The notes: generated from the sequence alone by a model not told the origin. Counted from the first letter of the stretch, positions 19,855-29,158 are shown. The stretch: DNA of 64,000 bases from Bacillota bacterium (GCA_017861315.1 JAGFXP010000004.1:10329-74328); one strand, 5' to 3'. Made by a program: numbers and translations.

Positions 19855-21591
19855 ATGGAAATGGTTAAATTAACTATAGATGGCCAGCTGGTTGAAGTTC
19901 CAAAAGGAACCACTGTGCTTGAAGCTGCAAGACTGACAGGAATAGAAATTCCTAGCCTTTGTTATATGAAAGACGTAAACCACCCTGCAAGCTGCAGAGT
20001 ATGCGTAGTGGAAGTTGGACCAAGACTTATTGCTTCCTGCACACTAGTAGCAGAAGAAGGAATGAACGTAAAAACTAATACACCTAAGGTAAGAGAAGCA
20101 AGAAAGATGTCAGTTGAACTTCTTCTCTCAAACCACAAAAGGGAATGTACTTCATGTTTGAGAAGTGAAAACTGCGAGCTCCAGACTGTATCAAAGGACC
20201 TAGGAATAAGGGAACTTAGCTATGAAGGCGACAAGACTGAAGCTGTCTGCGACGATTCTTCATGGTCAATAGTCAGGGATCCTGAAAAATGCATACTCTG
20301 CGGAAGATGCATAAGCACATGCTCAGACATACAGACAGTACACGCTATCGGCTGGGCAGGCAGAGGCTTTGAAACAAGAGTTGCACCTGCTTTCGACAGA
20401 AGTCTCGGAGATTCAGTTTGCATAAACTGCGGTCAGTGTATAATGAACTGCCCAGTTGGAGCACTGCATGAAAGAGAAAACGTTCAGGACGTTTGGGATG
20501 CGCTGAATGACCCGGACAAATTCGTTATAATCCAGACAGCTCCAGCTATCAGAGTTGCAATAGGCGAAGAATTCGGAATGCCTATCGGAACAAGCTCAAC
20601 AGGAAAAATGGTTGCTGCTATGAGAAAATTAGGCTTCTACAAAGTGTTTGATACAGACTTTGCTGCTGACCTGACAATCATGGAAGAAGGAACAGAATTC
20701 CTCGGCAGACTGAAAACTGGCGAAAACCTTCCTATAATGACATCATGCTGCCCAGGCTGGATTAAATTCGTAGAGCAGTTCTACCCTGAAATGATAGACA
20801 ATCTTTCAACATGCAAATCACCTCACGAAATGGAAGGCGCTTTGATAAAAGCGTACTACCGTGACAAGTTCGGCCTCGATCCTGAAAAGATTGTAGTAGT
20901 TTCAGTAATGCCTTGTACTGCAAAGAAATTCTCGGTCAAGAGAGAAATGATGAACGTCAACGGCATCGAAGATGTAGATATAGTTCTCACTACAAGAGAA
21001 TTGGCAAGATTGATCAAAGAAGCTGGAATTGACTACATGAACCTTAAGGATGAGGATTTTGACAATCCATTCGGAGAATCAACAGGTGCTGCTGTAATAT
21101 TCGGAGCTACAGGCGGAGTTGCAGAAGCTGCTGTCAGAACAGTACTCGATATCGTTACAGGAAAAGACCTTCAGGATGTTGATCTGACACAGCTCAGAGG
21201 TACTGAAGGAATAAAAGAAGCATCACTTACTTTGCCTGACGGAACAGTATTGAATGTTGCTATAGCAAACGGATTGGGAAATGCAAGGAAAGTTCTCGAT
21301 GCTCAGAAGAGCGGCGAGAAAAACTACCACTTCATAGAAGTAATGGCATGCCCAGGCGGATGCGTAACTGGAGGCGGACAGCCGATAATCGATGCTAAGC
21401 AGCAGGAGAAGTGCGACGTTAGAGCGATGAGGGCAAAGGCTGCTTACGGCGAAGATGCAGGTAAGGCAATAAGGAAATCACACCAGAACCCGTATATCAC
21501 TAAGATATATGAAGAGTACCTTGGAGAGCCAAACGGACACAAGAGCCACGAGCTTCTCCACACTCACTACGTAAAGAGAAGCAAATTCTAA
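19855..21591 (+). CDS. hydA: catalytic [FeFe] hydrogenase, M3 architecture, group A3 (bifurcating-type) by context
   Basis: All three H-cluster signatures are present: TSCCPGW, MPCTAKK, EVMACPGGCVTGGGQP. N-terminal 2Fe-2S, His-ligated 4Fe-4S and 2x4Fe-4S domains. Confidence 0.95.
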   Translation: MEMVKLTIDGQLVEVPKGTTVLEAARLTGIEIPSLCYMKDVNHPASCRVCVVEVGPRLIASCTLVAEEGMNVKTNTPKVREARKMSVELLLSNHKRECTSCLRSENCELQTVSKDLGIRELSYEGDKTEAVCDDSSWSIVRDPEKCILCGRCISTCSDIQTVHAIGWAGRGFETRVAPAFDRSLGDSVCINCGQCIMNCPVGALHERENVQDVWDALNDPDKFVIIQTAPAIRVAIGEEFGMPIGTSSTGKMVAAMRKLGFYKVFDTDFAADLTIMEEGTEFLGRLKTGENLPIMTSCCPGWIKFVEQFYPEMIDNLSTCKSPHEMEGALIKAYYRDKFGLDPEKIVVVSVMPCTAKKFSVKREMMNVNGIEDVDIVLTTRELARLIKEAGIDYMNLKDEDFDNPFGESTGAAVIFGATGGVAEAAVRTVLDIVTGKDLQDVDLTQLRGTEGIKEASLTLPDGTVLNVAIANGLGNARKVLDAQKSGEKNYHFIEVMACPGGCVTGGGQPIIDAKQQEKCDVRAMRAKAAYGEDAGKAIRKSHQNPYITKIYEEYLGEPNGHKSHELLHTHYVKRSKF

Positions 21592-21603
21592 TAGTAAATG
21601 ATT

Positions 21604-21637
21604 AAGGACTGCAATTCAATTGCAGTCCTTTTTTTAT
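21604..21637 (+). terminator. rho-independent terminator after hydA; the T-run overlaps the stop codon of the convergent PP2C gene
   Basis: AAGGACTGCAA-TTCAA-TTGCAGTCCTT followed by TTTTTTTA. Confidence 0.7.
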
Positions 21638-22806
21638 ACAAAATTCAGATTCACTTTTTTGCCGAGACTCTCAATCAGTTCTTTGAGTTCAAGCAGCTTG
21701 TTCAGTTTGATGCTAAGGTCGAGGGGGAAGTCCGGGTTCTGGTGAGCGGGGTTCACGGCTTTGCCAACCCAGAGGTTGAGATGGCTGCATTCGCATATAA
21801 GCATCTTTGCAAGCAGAGATGCCCCGTCGTGTCCGAAAGCCATCCCGTCGTTAAAGAGGTTTTCTATGGGCTTAGAGTACTCCTTAATCTTCTCCAGAGC
21901 CATGCTGAGGGTCAGCACGCCTTCGGTAATGAGGTCGATTCCCTCCATTGTTGCAGTCGGAGGGACCTTTTTGTCAGCAAAGTCCATGTTGACATTCAGA
22001 GCCCTGTTCAGTTCCCTGGAAGCAATGTTTGCAGCGGTGCCTCCGCAGATTATTTTTTTGCCGTGGCCGCTCATGAATTTCATTACAGCTTCACTGTCGG
22101 CTTCGGGATCCTGAGGAGGACCTGAAAACAGGTCCATGTGCTTCTCTCTTTCGGCTTTAATGATGAGGGCTGTGGTGTCGTCGCCGGGACTGTTGCCGTC
22201 GAAGACCATGCAGACCCCGAGGAGCTCCCGGGCCATTTCCCTTGCCGTCTTGTCAGGGCTAGCCAGCTTCTGGAGATAGTCGTTTACTCCTTCCCATTTC
22301 CAGCCGAGGTTCAGGAAGTCGCCTAGACCCGCATGAGTAACTCCGTCGCTGACAATAGCGAAGACGTCGCCCTCCTCGAGGGTGAAGGAGCATTCGGAAA
22401 CGGTCTTTCCGTGGATGATAACGTCCTTTTTCGGGACTTCGCGGTGATTCCCGTTCCTTATGAGGAAGAAGGGCGGGTTGTCATATTCTGCCATGTACAC
22501 CTTGCCGCAGTCTTCTATTTTTATTATGGTGAAGGTTGAGTATGCCAGATCCCTGACCTTGCACACGGGAAGGGTCTTAACTATGGTGTCCACTGTTTCG
22601 TAGATATCCGAGCCTTCCTTCAGCATGGTTGCTGCAATCTTGGATGTCAGCGTGGCGAGGATGTTGGCCTTTACCCCGCTTCCGAGGCCGTCGGAGAGGA
22701 CGATTATGGTTGAGTCGGGAAGCCTTGACACCTCAACCATATCGCCGCAGAGCTCTTCACCTGATTTTATGAGGCTGTGGTGAAATACGTCGATATAAAC
22801 GCCCAT
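21634..22806 (-). CDS. SpoIIE/PP2C family serine phosphatase with an extra C-terminal domain
   Basis: PP2C motifs CGDMVEV and VLSDGLGSG. ATG 22806 lies 1 nt after the HydS stop (the ORF-track start at 22884 overlaps HydS). Confidence 0.85.
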   Translation of the reverse strand: MGVYIDVFHHSLIKSGEELCGDMVEVSRLPDSTIIVLSDGLGSGVKANILATLTSKIAATMLKEGSDIYETVDTIVKTLPVCKVRDLAYSTFTIIKIEDCGKVYMAEYDNPPFFLIRNGNHREVPKKDVIIHGKTVSECSFTLEEGDVFAIVSDGVTHAGLGDFLNLGWKWEGVNDYLQKLASPDKTAREMARELLGVCMVFDGNSPGDDTTALIIKAEREKHMDLFSGPPQDPEADSEAVMKFMSGHGKKIICGGTAANIASRELNRALNVNMDFADKKVPPTATMEGIDLITEGVLTLSMALEKIKEYSKPIENLFNDGMAFGHDGASLLAKMLICECSHLNLWVGKAVNPAHQNPDFPLDLSIKLNKLLELKELIESLGKKVNLNFV

Positions 22807-22807
22807 A

Positions 22808-24529
22808 TCAGTTGCCTTCTTCCTCTGCCTCGACAAGCCTCTTAAGCTTGGTAAGCAGCGTTTTGGTTTCTGCAGTCGTTTCACCGAGGAGGCTGGCTAT
22901 CTCGTGGGCAACGCGCATCTGCTTGTCAATTACCTCCTGGGTTGAAATAAGGGTTTTTTCCCTGAGTGTGTTATATTTCTTCCTTTCCTCTTCCCTGTCG
23001 GCTATGTTGACCATGGACACCATAAGCATATCCTGCTTTGCAAGATATACTATGCTCTGAATGAATATGAGGTTGTAGCTGGGATAAGCCACACGCCTGC
23101 CGATGATGCTTTCGCCTGTCCTCCTGACCTCCCTGAAGCACTCGTCATCCATTAGGGCCGCCACGGGAAGGCCCTTCATCTTTTCCGAATCAACGAGGAA
23201 GGCGTTCCTGCATGCCGGATTCATCTCGATGATGTTCATATCCCCGTCCAGAAGCAGTGTGCAGTTTGCGGTGTGCTCGAATATTACGTTCGTTATGCTT
23301 TCCGCTTTTGTCCTCATATGGTGAAGGCACATGTTTGGCTCCGCCATGCCCTCAAAGATGGCCTGGGCTTTTTCTCTGCAGGTGTTGTAACCGCAGACGC
23401 CGCAGTTCAGCTCGTCCTCTTCGCCGTGTTTCCCCATGTTGCTTAATATGACCTTTATATCGTGCTCGTAGGCCATGGGATGCCTGAAGCTCTTGTCGCA
23501 GAAGGTTCTTTCAAGATTCAGGCTGCCGGCTGGATTTTCAGATCCTGCAGGGCGTATGGATTTCCTGGATTCCAGGTATTGTTTAACCTTGCCCTGCCTT
23601 TTATAGTAGCTGTGCTCGTTCCTCACCATGTCAGGCCCGCCTGTGCAGCTTCCCTTGCAGGAGCTTGCCTCCACGAAGATGTTTCCTATGTCGCCGTTGC
23701 TTATGCTGGTGAACAGGTCCGTGCATTCGTCTGACCCGCTGACAGTGATGATCCGGAGACCCTGCTTGTGTATGTCCTCGCCCATGCACTCTATAATGCC
23801 TCCGAACTCCGGAAAGCTGCGTCCCCTTCCTGCGGTATTCCTGTCAAAGGCTGAAGCGCCAGTGGACAACGGGTCGAGTCCGCTATCCTGAATCCACTGC
23901 TGGATCTCGTCGAAATTCAAGACCGCATCGATCGCCCCGTCGTTGAAAAAGCTTACGTTTTCGGTTTTCTTGGCCATGCATGGTCCTATGAAGACCGAAT
24001 AGCAGTCCTCGCCGTAGAATTGCTTGATCAATTTCCCGTGCGCTATCATAGGAGAGACTGCCGGTATCAGATATTCTGTCAGGGTCGGGTAGTATTTCTC
24101 AACAAGATAGTTTACTGACGGGCAGGCGGTTGTTATATAGATGCCCTGGGACGTATTCTTCACATAATCCATATAGAAATCCGAGACGACCTCTGCGCCT
24201 ACAGCTGTCTCCTCTACAAAGGAAAAACCAAGATTCTTAAGGACGCCCGGAAATTTCCCAGGTTCGAAGTCGAAATACCCTGCAAAGGAAGGAGCGATGC
24301 TGGCGACAACCTTCCTTCCTGTAATGACGGCATTTTTCACGTCGGGCAGGTAGCTTACAACGTTGCGGGCGTTTTGGGGGCATACGAGCAGGCAGTGGGA
24401 GCATGCTATGCACCTGTCCTCGATTATCTCAGCCTGGTCGTTCTTGAATTTTATAGCCTTAACGGGGCAGGATCTGAGGCATTTGTAGCAGCTCTTGCAG
24501 TTGGCTGCTGAGAAATTCATTATGTTCAT
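22808..24529 (-). CDS. sensory [FeFe]-hydrogenase HydS-like protein (group C): 2x4Fe-4S, modified H-domain, extra 4-Cys cluster, PAS domain
   Basis: CKSCYKCLRSCP and CIACSHCLLVCP. H-domain positions read TTACPSV / GPCMAKKTE / SSCKGSCTGGP. CGVCGYNTC...C is followed by a PAS-like segment. Confidence 0.88.
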   Translation of the reverse strand: MNIMNFSAANCKSCYKCLRSCPVKAIKFKNDQAEIIEDRCIACSHCLLVCPQNARNVVSYLPDVKNAVITGRKVVASIAPSFAGYFDFEPGKFPGVLKNLGFSFVEETAVGAEVVSDFYMDYVKNTSQGIYITTACPSVNYLVEKYYPTLTEYLIPAVSPMIAHGKLIKQFYGEDCYSVFIGPCMAKKTENVSFFNDGAIDAVLNFDEIQQWIQDSGLDPLSTGASAFDRNTAGRGRSFPEFGGIIECMGEDIHKQGLRIITVSGSDECTDLFTSISNGDIGNIFVEASSCKGSCTGGPDMVRNEHSYYKRQGKVKQYLESRKSIRPAGSENPAGSLNLERTFCDKSFRHPMAYEHDIKVILSNMGKHGEEDELNCGVCGYNTCREKAQAIFEGMAEPNMCLHHMRTKAESITNVIFEHTANCTLLLDGDMNIIEMNPACRNAFLVDSEKMKGLPVAALMDDECFREVRRTGESIIGRRVAYPSYNLIFIQSIVYLAKQDMLMVSMVNIADREEERKKYNTLREKTLISTQEVIDKQMRVAHEIASLLGETTAETKTLLTKLKRLVEAEEEGN

Positions 24530-24532
24530 TTT

Positions 24533-24775
24533 CTATTCTCCTAAGACATATTTTTTGAAAAAAGCTTCGGCGCAGTCCGGGATTACCGACATGACTTCGC
24601 TTTCATCAACCCTGACGGATACTCCTTTGCTGCACTTTCCAAGGCAATAGGAGCCTTTCAAGGTTACGGAATCTGTAACTGAATTGGCATCTATAAGTTT
24701 CTGAAATATATCGATTATATCATATGCGCCTTTGAGATGGCATGCGCTGCCGACACAGACTGTTATGGTAGTCAT
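24533..24775 (-). CDS. small thioredoxin-like (2Fe-2S) ferredoxin
   Basis: ATG 24775 follows AGGAGG. Cysteine pattern CVGSAC...CLGKC. It is the first gene of the 2Fe2S-HydS-PP2C operon. Confidence 0.75.
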   Translation of the reverse strand: MTTITVCVGSACHLKGAYDIIDIFQKLIDANSVTDSVTLKGSYCLGKCSKGVSVRVDESEVMSVIPDCAEAFFKKYVLGE

Positions 24776-24837
24776 AATATTACCTCCTGTAATTGTTGGG
24801 AAAATAACATTGAACACAATTTCATTTTACACCTATA

Positions 24838-24855
24838 ATGTTAAAAAATAAACAA
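24838..24855. promoter_or_regulatory. weaker candidate Rex operator between the HydS operon and pilD
   Basis: ATGTTAAAAAATAAACAA matches TTGTTAA-N4-TTAACAA at 12/14, but it is low-complexity A/T sequence. Confidence 0.3.
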
Positions 24856-24914
24856 TGTATTGCCATATAAATTTCAGGGAATAGTTATAAAAAAGTATAT
24901 TTTGAGGAGGCAGA

Positions 24915-25652
24915 ATGGAGATTCTTTATGTTTTTTTAACAGGCTTGTCAGTCGGGAGTTTTCTTAACGTTTGCATTTACAGGATCCCCAGGGGAGAAAG
25001 CTTAGTTTTGGATCCTTCACATTGTCCCGGCTGCGGGGAACTAATAAAAGCATCCGACCTTTTGCCGGTGATCAGTTACTTTCTGCTTAAGGGGCGGTGC
25101 AGGGATTGCGGACGCAGGATTTCTTTCAGGTACCCTGCGGTGGAGTTAGCGGCAGGATTATTTGGTGTGATGCTCTTCATGAAATTCGGAACGGGGCTGG
25201 AGTTTTTCAAATATGCAATGCTGGTGTCTGTACTGATCGTCATCGGGATGATAGACCTTGAAACCGGAGAGGTGTATACGTCGACAATTGCCGCTGGGGC
25301 GGCCGCAGGAGCTGTATTTGCGGCGATTGCTCCGGGAACGTGCGCAGATTCTGTGCTGGGGGCACTGACAGGCTTTGCAGTGATAGCGGCTATAGCCTTA
25401 ACAGGAGGCATGGGATGGGGCGATGCCGACATATGCCTCCTGTGCGGTCTATTTCTGGGCGTCAGGTGCACATTGGTTATGCTCCTGGTTTCGTTTATTG
25501 CAGGCGGAGCGGCGGGCATATTCCTTATAACGTCTTCCAAAAGAAGACTAAATGACAGTATGCCGTTCGGGCCGTTCCTGGCCGTATCGGCTATCGTGTC
25601 TTTGTTTTTCGGGAACAGCATAGTGTCGCTCTATTTCAATATGACGGCATAG
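24915..25652 (+). CDS. prepilin peptidase (A24 family)
   Basis: N-terminal CPGC...CRDCG zinc motif, polytopic membrane protein, GWGDADI aspartyl active-site motif. Confidence 0.85.
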   Translation: MEILYVFLTGLSVGSFLNVCIYRIPRGESLVLDPSHCPGCGELIKASDLLPVISYFLLKGRCRDCGRRISFRYPAVELAAGLFGVMLFMKFGTGLEFFKYAMLVSVLIVIGMIDLETGEVYTSTIAAGAAAGAVFAAIAPGTCADSVLGALTGFAVIAAIALTGGMGWGDADICLLCGLFLGVRCTLVMLLVSFIAGGAAGIFLITSSKRRLNDSMPFGPFLAVSAIVSLFFGNSIVSLYFNMTA

Positions 25653-25913
25653 GATTAAATGCCAGAATATTTTGTAAAGAGTATTTATTCAAAATACAGC
25701 GAAATATGCATAATTGCCGGGATTTTATTAAGTTGCAGTGTTTGCAGCATTGATTCTGCGGCGAAAATGCATACAATGCTTCGTATTTTACTGGATGATG
25801 AATGGAAAAACTTCAGAAAATTTGTTGATTTTATCAAAATGTGTTGAAATATAATTCAAAGCATGTTACTATCTTAACGAATAATATTTTTTTAAAAGGA
25901 GGAGATTGTACTA

Positions 25914-27260
25914 ATGAGCGAAGTAACAAAAAATGGAACTTCCGGCGATGGATTGCAAAAAACCATAGGTTTTGTCCCTGCACTTGCAATCGTTATCGGA
26001 ATGGTTATCGGATCAGGGGTTTTCTTTAAACCTCATGCAGTTTTCAGCGCTACTGGAGCTCCTGGACTTGGTTTAATAGCTTGGGTAGTAGGCGGAGTAA
26101 TAACAATAGCCGGCGGACTTACAGCAGCAGAAATAGCTGCAGCTATTCCAAAAACAGGCGGTATGGTTGCATACCTGGAAGAAACCTACGGGTCAATATG
26201 GGGATACCTTTTAGGATGGACTCAGACTGTAATATACTTCCCTGCAACAATTGCAGCACTCGGAATAATATTTTCAAAGCAGGTGCTTTCATTACTGAAT
26301 TTATCTGCCGGAATGTTAATACCAATAGCAATAATAGTTATTTTATTTTTGGTAATAATGAACTCATTGGGTTCAAAAACAGGCGGAGCAATCCAGACAG
26401 TTGCTACAATAGGTAAATTAATACCTCTAATCGCAATAATAATAATAGGTTTATTGAGTGGCGACGGCGGTGCAGCTAATCTTTTACCTGTCACAGTAGC
26501 GGACCATCCGGTTGCAACAAGCATGGGTTCAGCTTTAATCGGAATAATGTTCGCTTATGACGGCTGGATAAACGTTGGAGCTATTGCCGGAGAAATGAAG
26601 AATCCTGGAAAGGACCTTCCTAAAGCAATAATCGGCGGACTTTCGATAGTAATGGCAATATACGTGTTGATAAACGTTGCGTACCTTTTCGTACTGCCTG
26701 CAACAGCACTGGCAGCTACAGATACACCGGCTGCAGACGTTGCTAAGATATTGTTCGGAGAAAATGGCGGAAAAGTAATAACCATTGGTATCCTGGTATC
26801 AATATTTGGCGCATTAAACGGTTATATAATGACTGGAATGAGAATTCCTTACGCTATGGCAGTAGAAAACAGAATACCGTTCAGCGGATTCTTTTCAAAA
26901 TTACACCCTAAATTTGAAACTCCAGTGAACTGCGGAATATTGATAACAGTTATTTCAATAGCGATGTCATTCACAGGAAAATTTGACTTGCTAACAGACT
27001 TGGCGATGTTTGTAATCTGGATATTCTATGTTATGACATTCCTTGCTGTAATTGTGCTCAGAAAGACAAGACCGGACATGGAAAGACCATATAAGGTTCC
27101 ATTATATCCGGTAATACCTATGATAGGTATCCTTGGCGGAGTATATATGATTATAAACACTTTAATCACTCAGCCGATGAATGCAGGAATAGGTTTAGCG
27201 CTTGCGTTAATCGGATTGCCGATATACCTTTCAAGAAAAAACAAAATGACTAAAGCTTAA
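25914..27260 (+). CDS. APC superfamily amino acid permease
   Basis: 12 predicted TM segments, GSGVFF motif near the N-terminus, 448 aa, GGAGG RBS. Confidence 0.9.
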   Translation: MSEVTKNGTSGDGLQKTIGFVPALAIVIGMVIGSGVFFKPHAVFSATGAPGLGLIAWVVGGVITIAGGLTAAEIAAAIPKTGGMVAYLEETYGSIWGYLLGWTQTVIYFPATIAALGIIFSKQVLSLLNLSAGMLIPIAIIVILFLVIMNSLGSKTGGAIQTVATIGKLIPLIAIIIIGLLSGDGGAANLLPVTVADHPVATSMGSALIGIMFAYDGWINVGAIAGEMKNPGKDLPKAIIGGLSIVMAIYVLINVAYLFVLPATALAATDTPAADVAKILFGENGGKVITIGILVSIFGALNGYIMTGMRIPYAMAVENRIPFSGFFSKLHPKFETPVNCGILITVISIAMSFTGKFDLLTDLAMFVIWIFYVMTFLAVIVLRKTRPDMERPYKVPLYPVIPMIGILGGVYMIINTLITQPMNAGIGLALALIGLPIYLSRKNKMTKA

Positions 27261-27279
27261 TAAGATTTTAATTTTTAAT

Positions 27280-27313
27280 GAAGGTCCGGCGTATTGCCAG
27301 GCCTTCATTTTTT
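27280..27313 (+). terminator. rho-independent terminator after the permease
   Basis: GC-rich bulged hairpin GAAGGtCCGGC...GCCaGGCCTTC followed by ATTTTTT. Confidence 0.7.
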
Positions 27314-27353
27314 CTGTAAAATTGAATATAAACACATCTATCGGGAGGAAACT

Positions 27354-27908
27354 ATGAGCGTAAAGGAACTGTTAAAAGGGGAAAAGGTGAGGCTGACAGC
27401 TTTTTCAGAAGAAGATTTCAGTTTGATTGAAAAATGGTACGGCGATTCAGGATTCCTGAGGCATTACGATTTCATGCCTGCCATACCGCGGGCGGCAAGC
27501 CAGATAAAAGAATTCATAGATAGCTCTTCAAATGCTCAGGACCAGTGCGTATTTGCCATAAGGGAGAACGTGGGAGGCACGCTCATAGGCATATGCGGCT
27601 TTGAGAGCATAGTCTGGAACAACGGATCGGCAAAGCTTCATATAGGGCTTGGAGACAGCGAGCACCGGGGAAGGGGTTTTGCGAGCGAAGCCCTGAGGCT
27701 GCTTGTAGATTTCGGTTTCATGGAGCTCAACCTCCACTGCATCCAGCTCAGTGTGATATCCTACAACAGCGCGGCAATAAACCTGTACGAAAAGGTAGGC
27801 TTTGTGAGGGAGGGTGTCGTTCGTGAATTCATATTCAGGGATTCAAAAAGACACGACCTGTACATGTACGGAATGCTAAGGAGGGAATGGGAGAAGAATG
27901 AAGACTAA
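27354..27908 (+). CDS. GNAT family N-acetyltransferase (RimJ/RimL-like)
   Basis: ATG after GGGAGG. Acetyl-CoA motif HRGRGFASEA. Confidence 0.85.
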   Translation: MSVKELLKGEKVRLTAFSEEDFSLIEKWYGDSGFLRHYDFMPAIPRAASQIKEFIDSSSNAQDQCVFAIRENVGGTLIGICGFESIVWNNGSAKLHIGLGDSEHRGRGFASEALRLLVDFGFMELNLHCIQLSVISYNSAAINLYEKVGFVREGVVREFIFRDSKRHDLYMYGMLRREWEKNED

Positions 27909-28539
27909 AAAAATAATCAGCTTGATAATGGCGGGGGCTCTGTGCCTGTCTTTGGCCGCCTGCGCCGGCAGCGGTGAAAGCACGGATTCGGGCAGCTCTG
28001 AGACTGTTGACTATTCGGACGAATCGAATCCTGTGGCGGAAATTACGATGAGCGACGGCAGCGTGATAAAGATAGAGCTATATCCTGAGGCGGCGCCGAA
28101 TACAGTAAACAACTTCATATACCTGGCAAACAGCGGTTTTTATGACGGGCTTACCTTCCACAGGATAATTCCCGGTTTCATGATCCAGGGCGGAGATCCA
28201 AAAGGGGACGGGACAGGCGGCCCCGGATATTCCATAGCGGGGGAATTTGAGGACAACGGATTCGAAAACAGCCTAAAGCACACCAGGGGTGTGATCTCCA
28301 TGGCCAGGGCCCAGAGTTACGACTCGGCCGGGTCCCAGTTCTTCATAATGGCTGCAGACACTCACAGCCTTGACGGCCAGTATGCGGCTTTCGGAAAGGT
28401 CGCCGAGGGTATGGAGGTTGTAGACAAAATAGTGGGCGCTGAAAGGGATTCGAACGACAAGCCGGTGGAATCCATCGTTATGAGCAAGGTGACCGTCGAC
28501 CTGAAGGGGAAGACCTACAGCGATCCTGTGAAAAAATAA
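27898..28539 (+). CDS. cyclophilin-type peptidyl-prolyl isomerase, lipoprotein
   Basis: Lipobox LAAC and FHRIIPGFMIQGGDP. Confidence 0.92.
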   Translation: MKTKKIISLIMAGALCLSLAACAGSGESTDSGSSETVDYSDESNPVAEITMSDGSVIKIELYPEAAPNTVNNFIYLANSGFYDGLTFHRIIPGFMIQGGDPKGDGTGGPGYSIAGEFEDNGFENSLKHTRGVISMARAQSYDSAGSQFFIMAADTHSLDGQYAAFGKVAEGMEVVDKIVGAERDSNDKPVESIVMSKVTVDLKGKTYSDPVKK

Positions 28540-28618
28540 TTGCTTGTACCTGCTGCGCATATGGTTTATACTCTTATCAAAGCCAACTATTAAAATGTTT
28601 ATATGGAGGGATGTATTA

Positions 28619-29113
28619 ATGAGTAACGCAGAACTGACCATAATCAGACAGGCAATAGTGAAGGAACTTGAAGGGTATGAATTCTACAAAATGGTTTCGG
28701 AAAGGCCAGGCAACTCCCTGGAAACAAAGGAGTCATTCAAGCAGCTGGCGAATGAAGAGCTCAAGCATGTGGACTTCCTCAAGGAAATGTTCGTAAGGGT
28801 CAAAAGCGGCAAGATAGAAGACCTCGCCGAAGAAATCGAGCTTGATGTTCCGGCTCCGGGCAACGAGAAATGGAAAAAATTCAAAAAAGACAGCGGCTCC
28901 ATCGCGGTTGCAGTGTTCGGCATCGCAATAAACATGGAGAAGGCATCGATCGAATATTATACAAATGCAGCAGCAAAAACGCAGGTAAAGGGTGCGAAGG
29001 AGCTGTTTGAAAAACTTGCTAAATGGGAAAAGAACCATCTGGAGTTTCTGACTCAGGAATATGAAGACATGCTGGGTGACTGGTGGTCTGAACAGGGATT
29101 TGCACCGTTTTAA
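28619..29113 (+). CDS. ferritin-like / rubrerythrin-family diiron domain protein
   Basis: ATG after GGAGGG. Paired E...ExxH-type motifs (ELEGYEFY, EELKHVDFL, EKASIEYY, EKNHLEFL). Confidence 0.75.
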   Translation: MSNAELTIIRQAIVKELEGYEFYKMVSERPGNSLETKESFKQLANEELKHVDFLKEMFVRVKSGKIEDLAEEIELDVPAPGNEKWKKFKKDSGSIAVAVFGIAINMEKASIEYYTNAAAKTQVKGAKELFEKLAKWEKNHLEFLTQEYEDMLGDWWSEQGFAPF

Positions 29114-29119
29114 ATGGAA

Positions 29120-29158
29120 AAAAGGCAGAATCATTTATTTGATTCTGCCTTTGCTTTT
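29120..29158. terminator. bidirectional terminator hairpin; the right arm lies in the last codons of the flavin reductase gene
   Basis: AAAGGCAGAATCA-TTTATT-TGATTCTGCCTTT flanked by an A-run and a T-run. Confidence 0.6.

Noticed and set aside
21598-22125. 175-aa plus-strand ORF (and similar ones at 21761-22114, 23462-23734 and 23628-23891)
   Set aside because: They are antisense to the PP2C and HydS genes, which both carry strong family motifs. The first one starts inside the hydA terminator.
22807-22884. 26-codon N-terminal extension of the PP2C gene overlapping HydS
   Set aside because: ATG 22806 gives the typical N-terminus and a 1-nt gap to the HydS stop. The extension is basic, low-complexity sequence read through the HydS C-terminus.
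25659-25847. 62-aa ORF after pilD as a real small membrane protein gene
   Set aside because: It has only a marginal SD (AGGA, 4-nt spacing), no family resemblance and a Cys/Ile-rich odd composition. It is kept as a note under a finding and not annotated.
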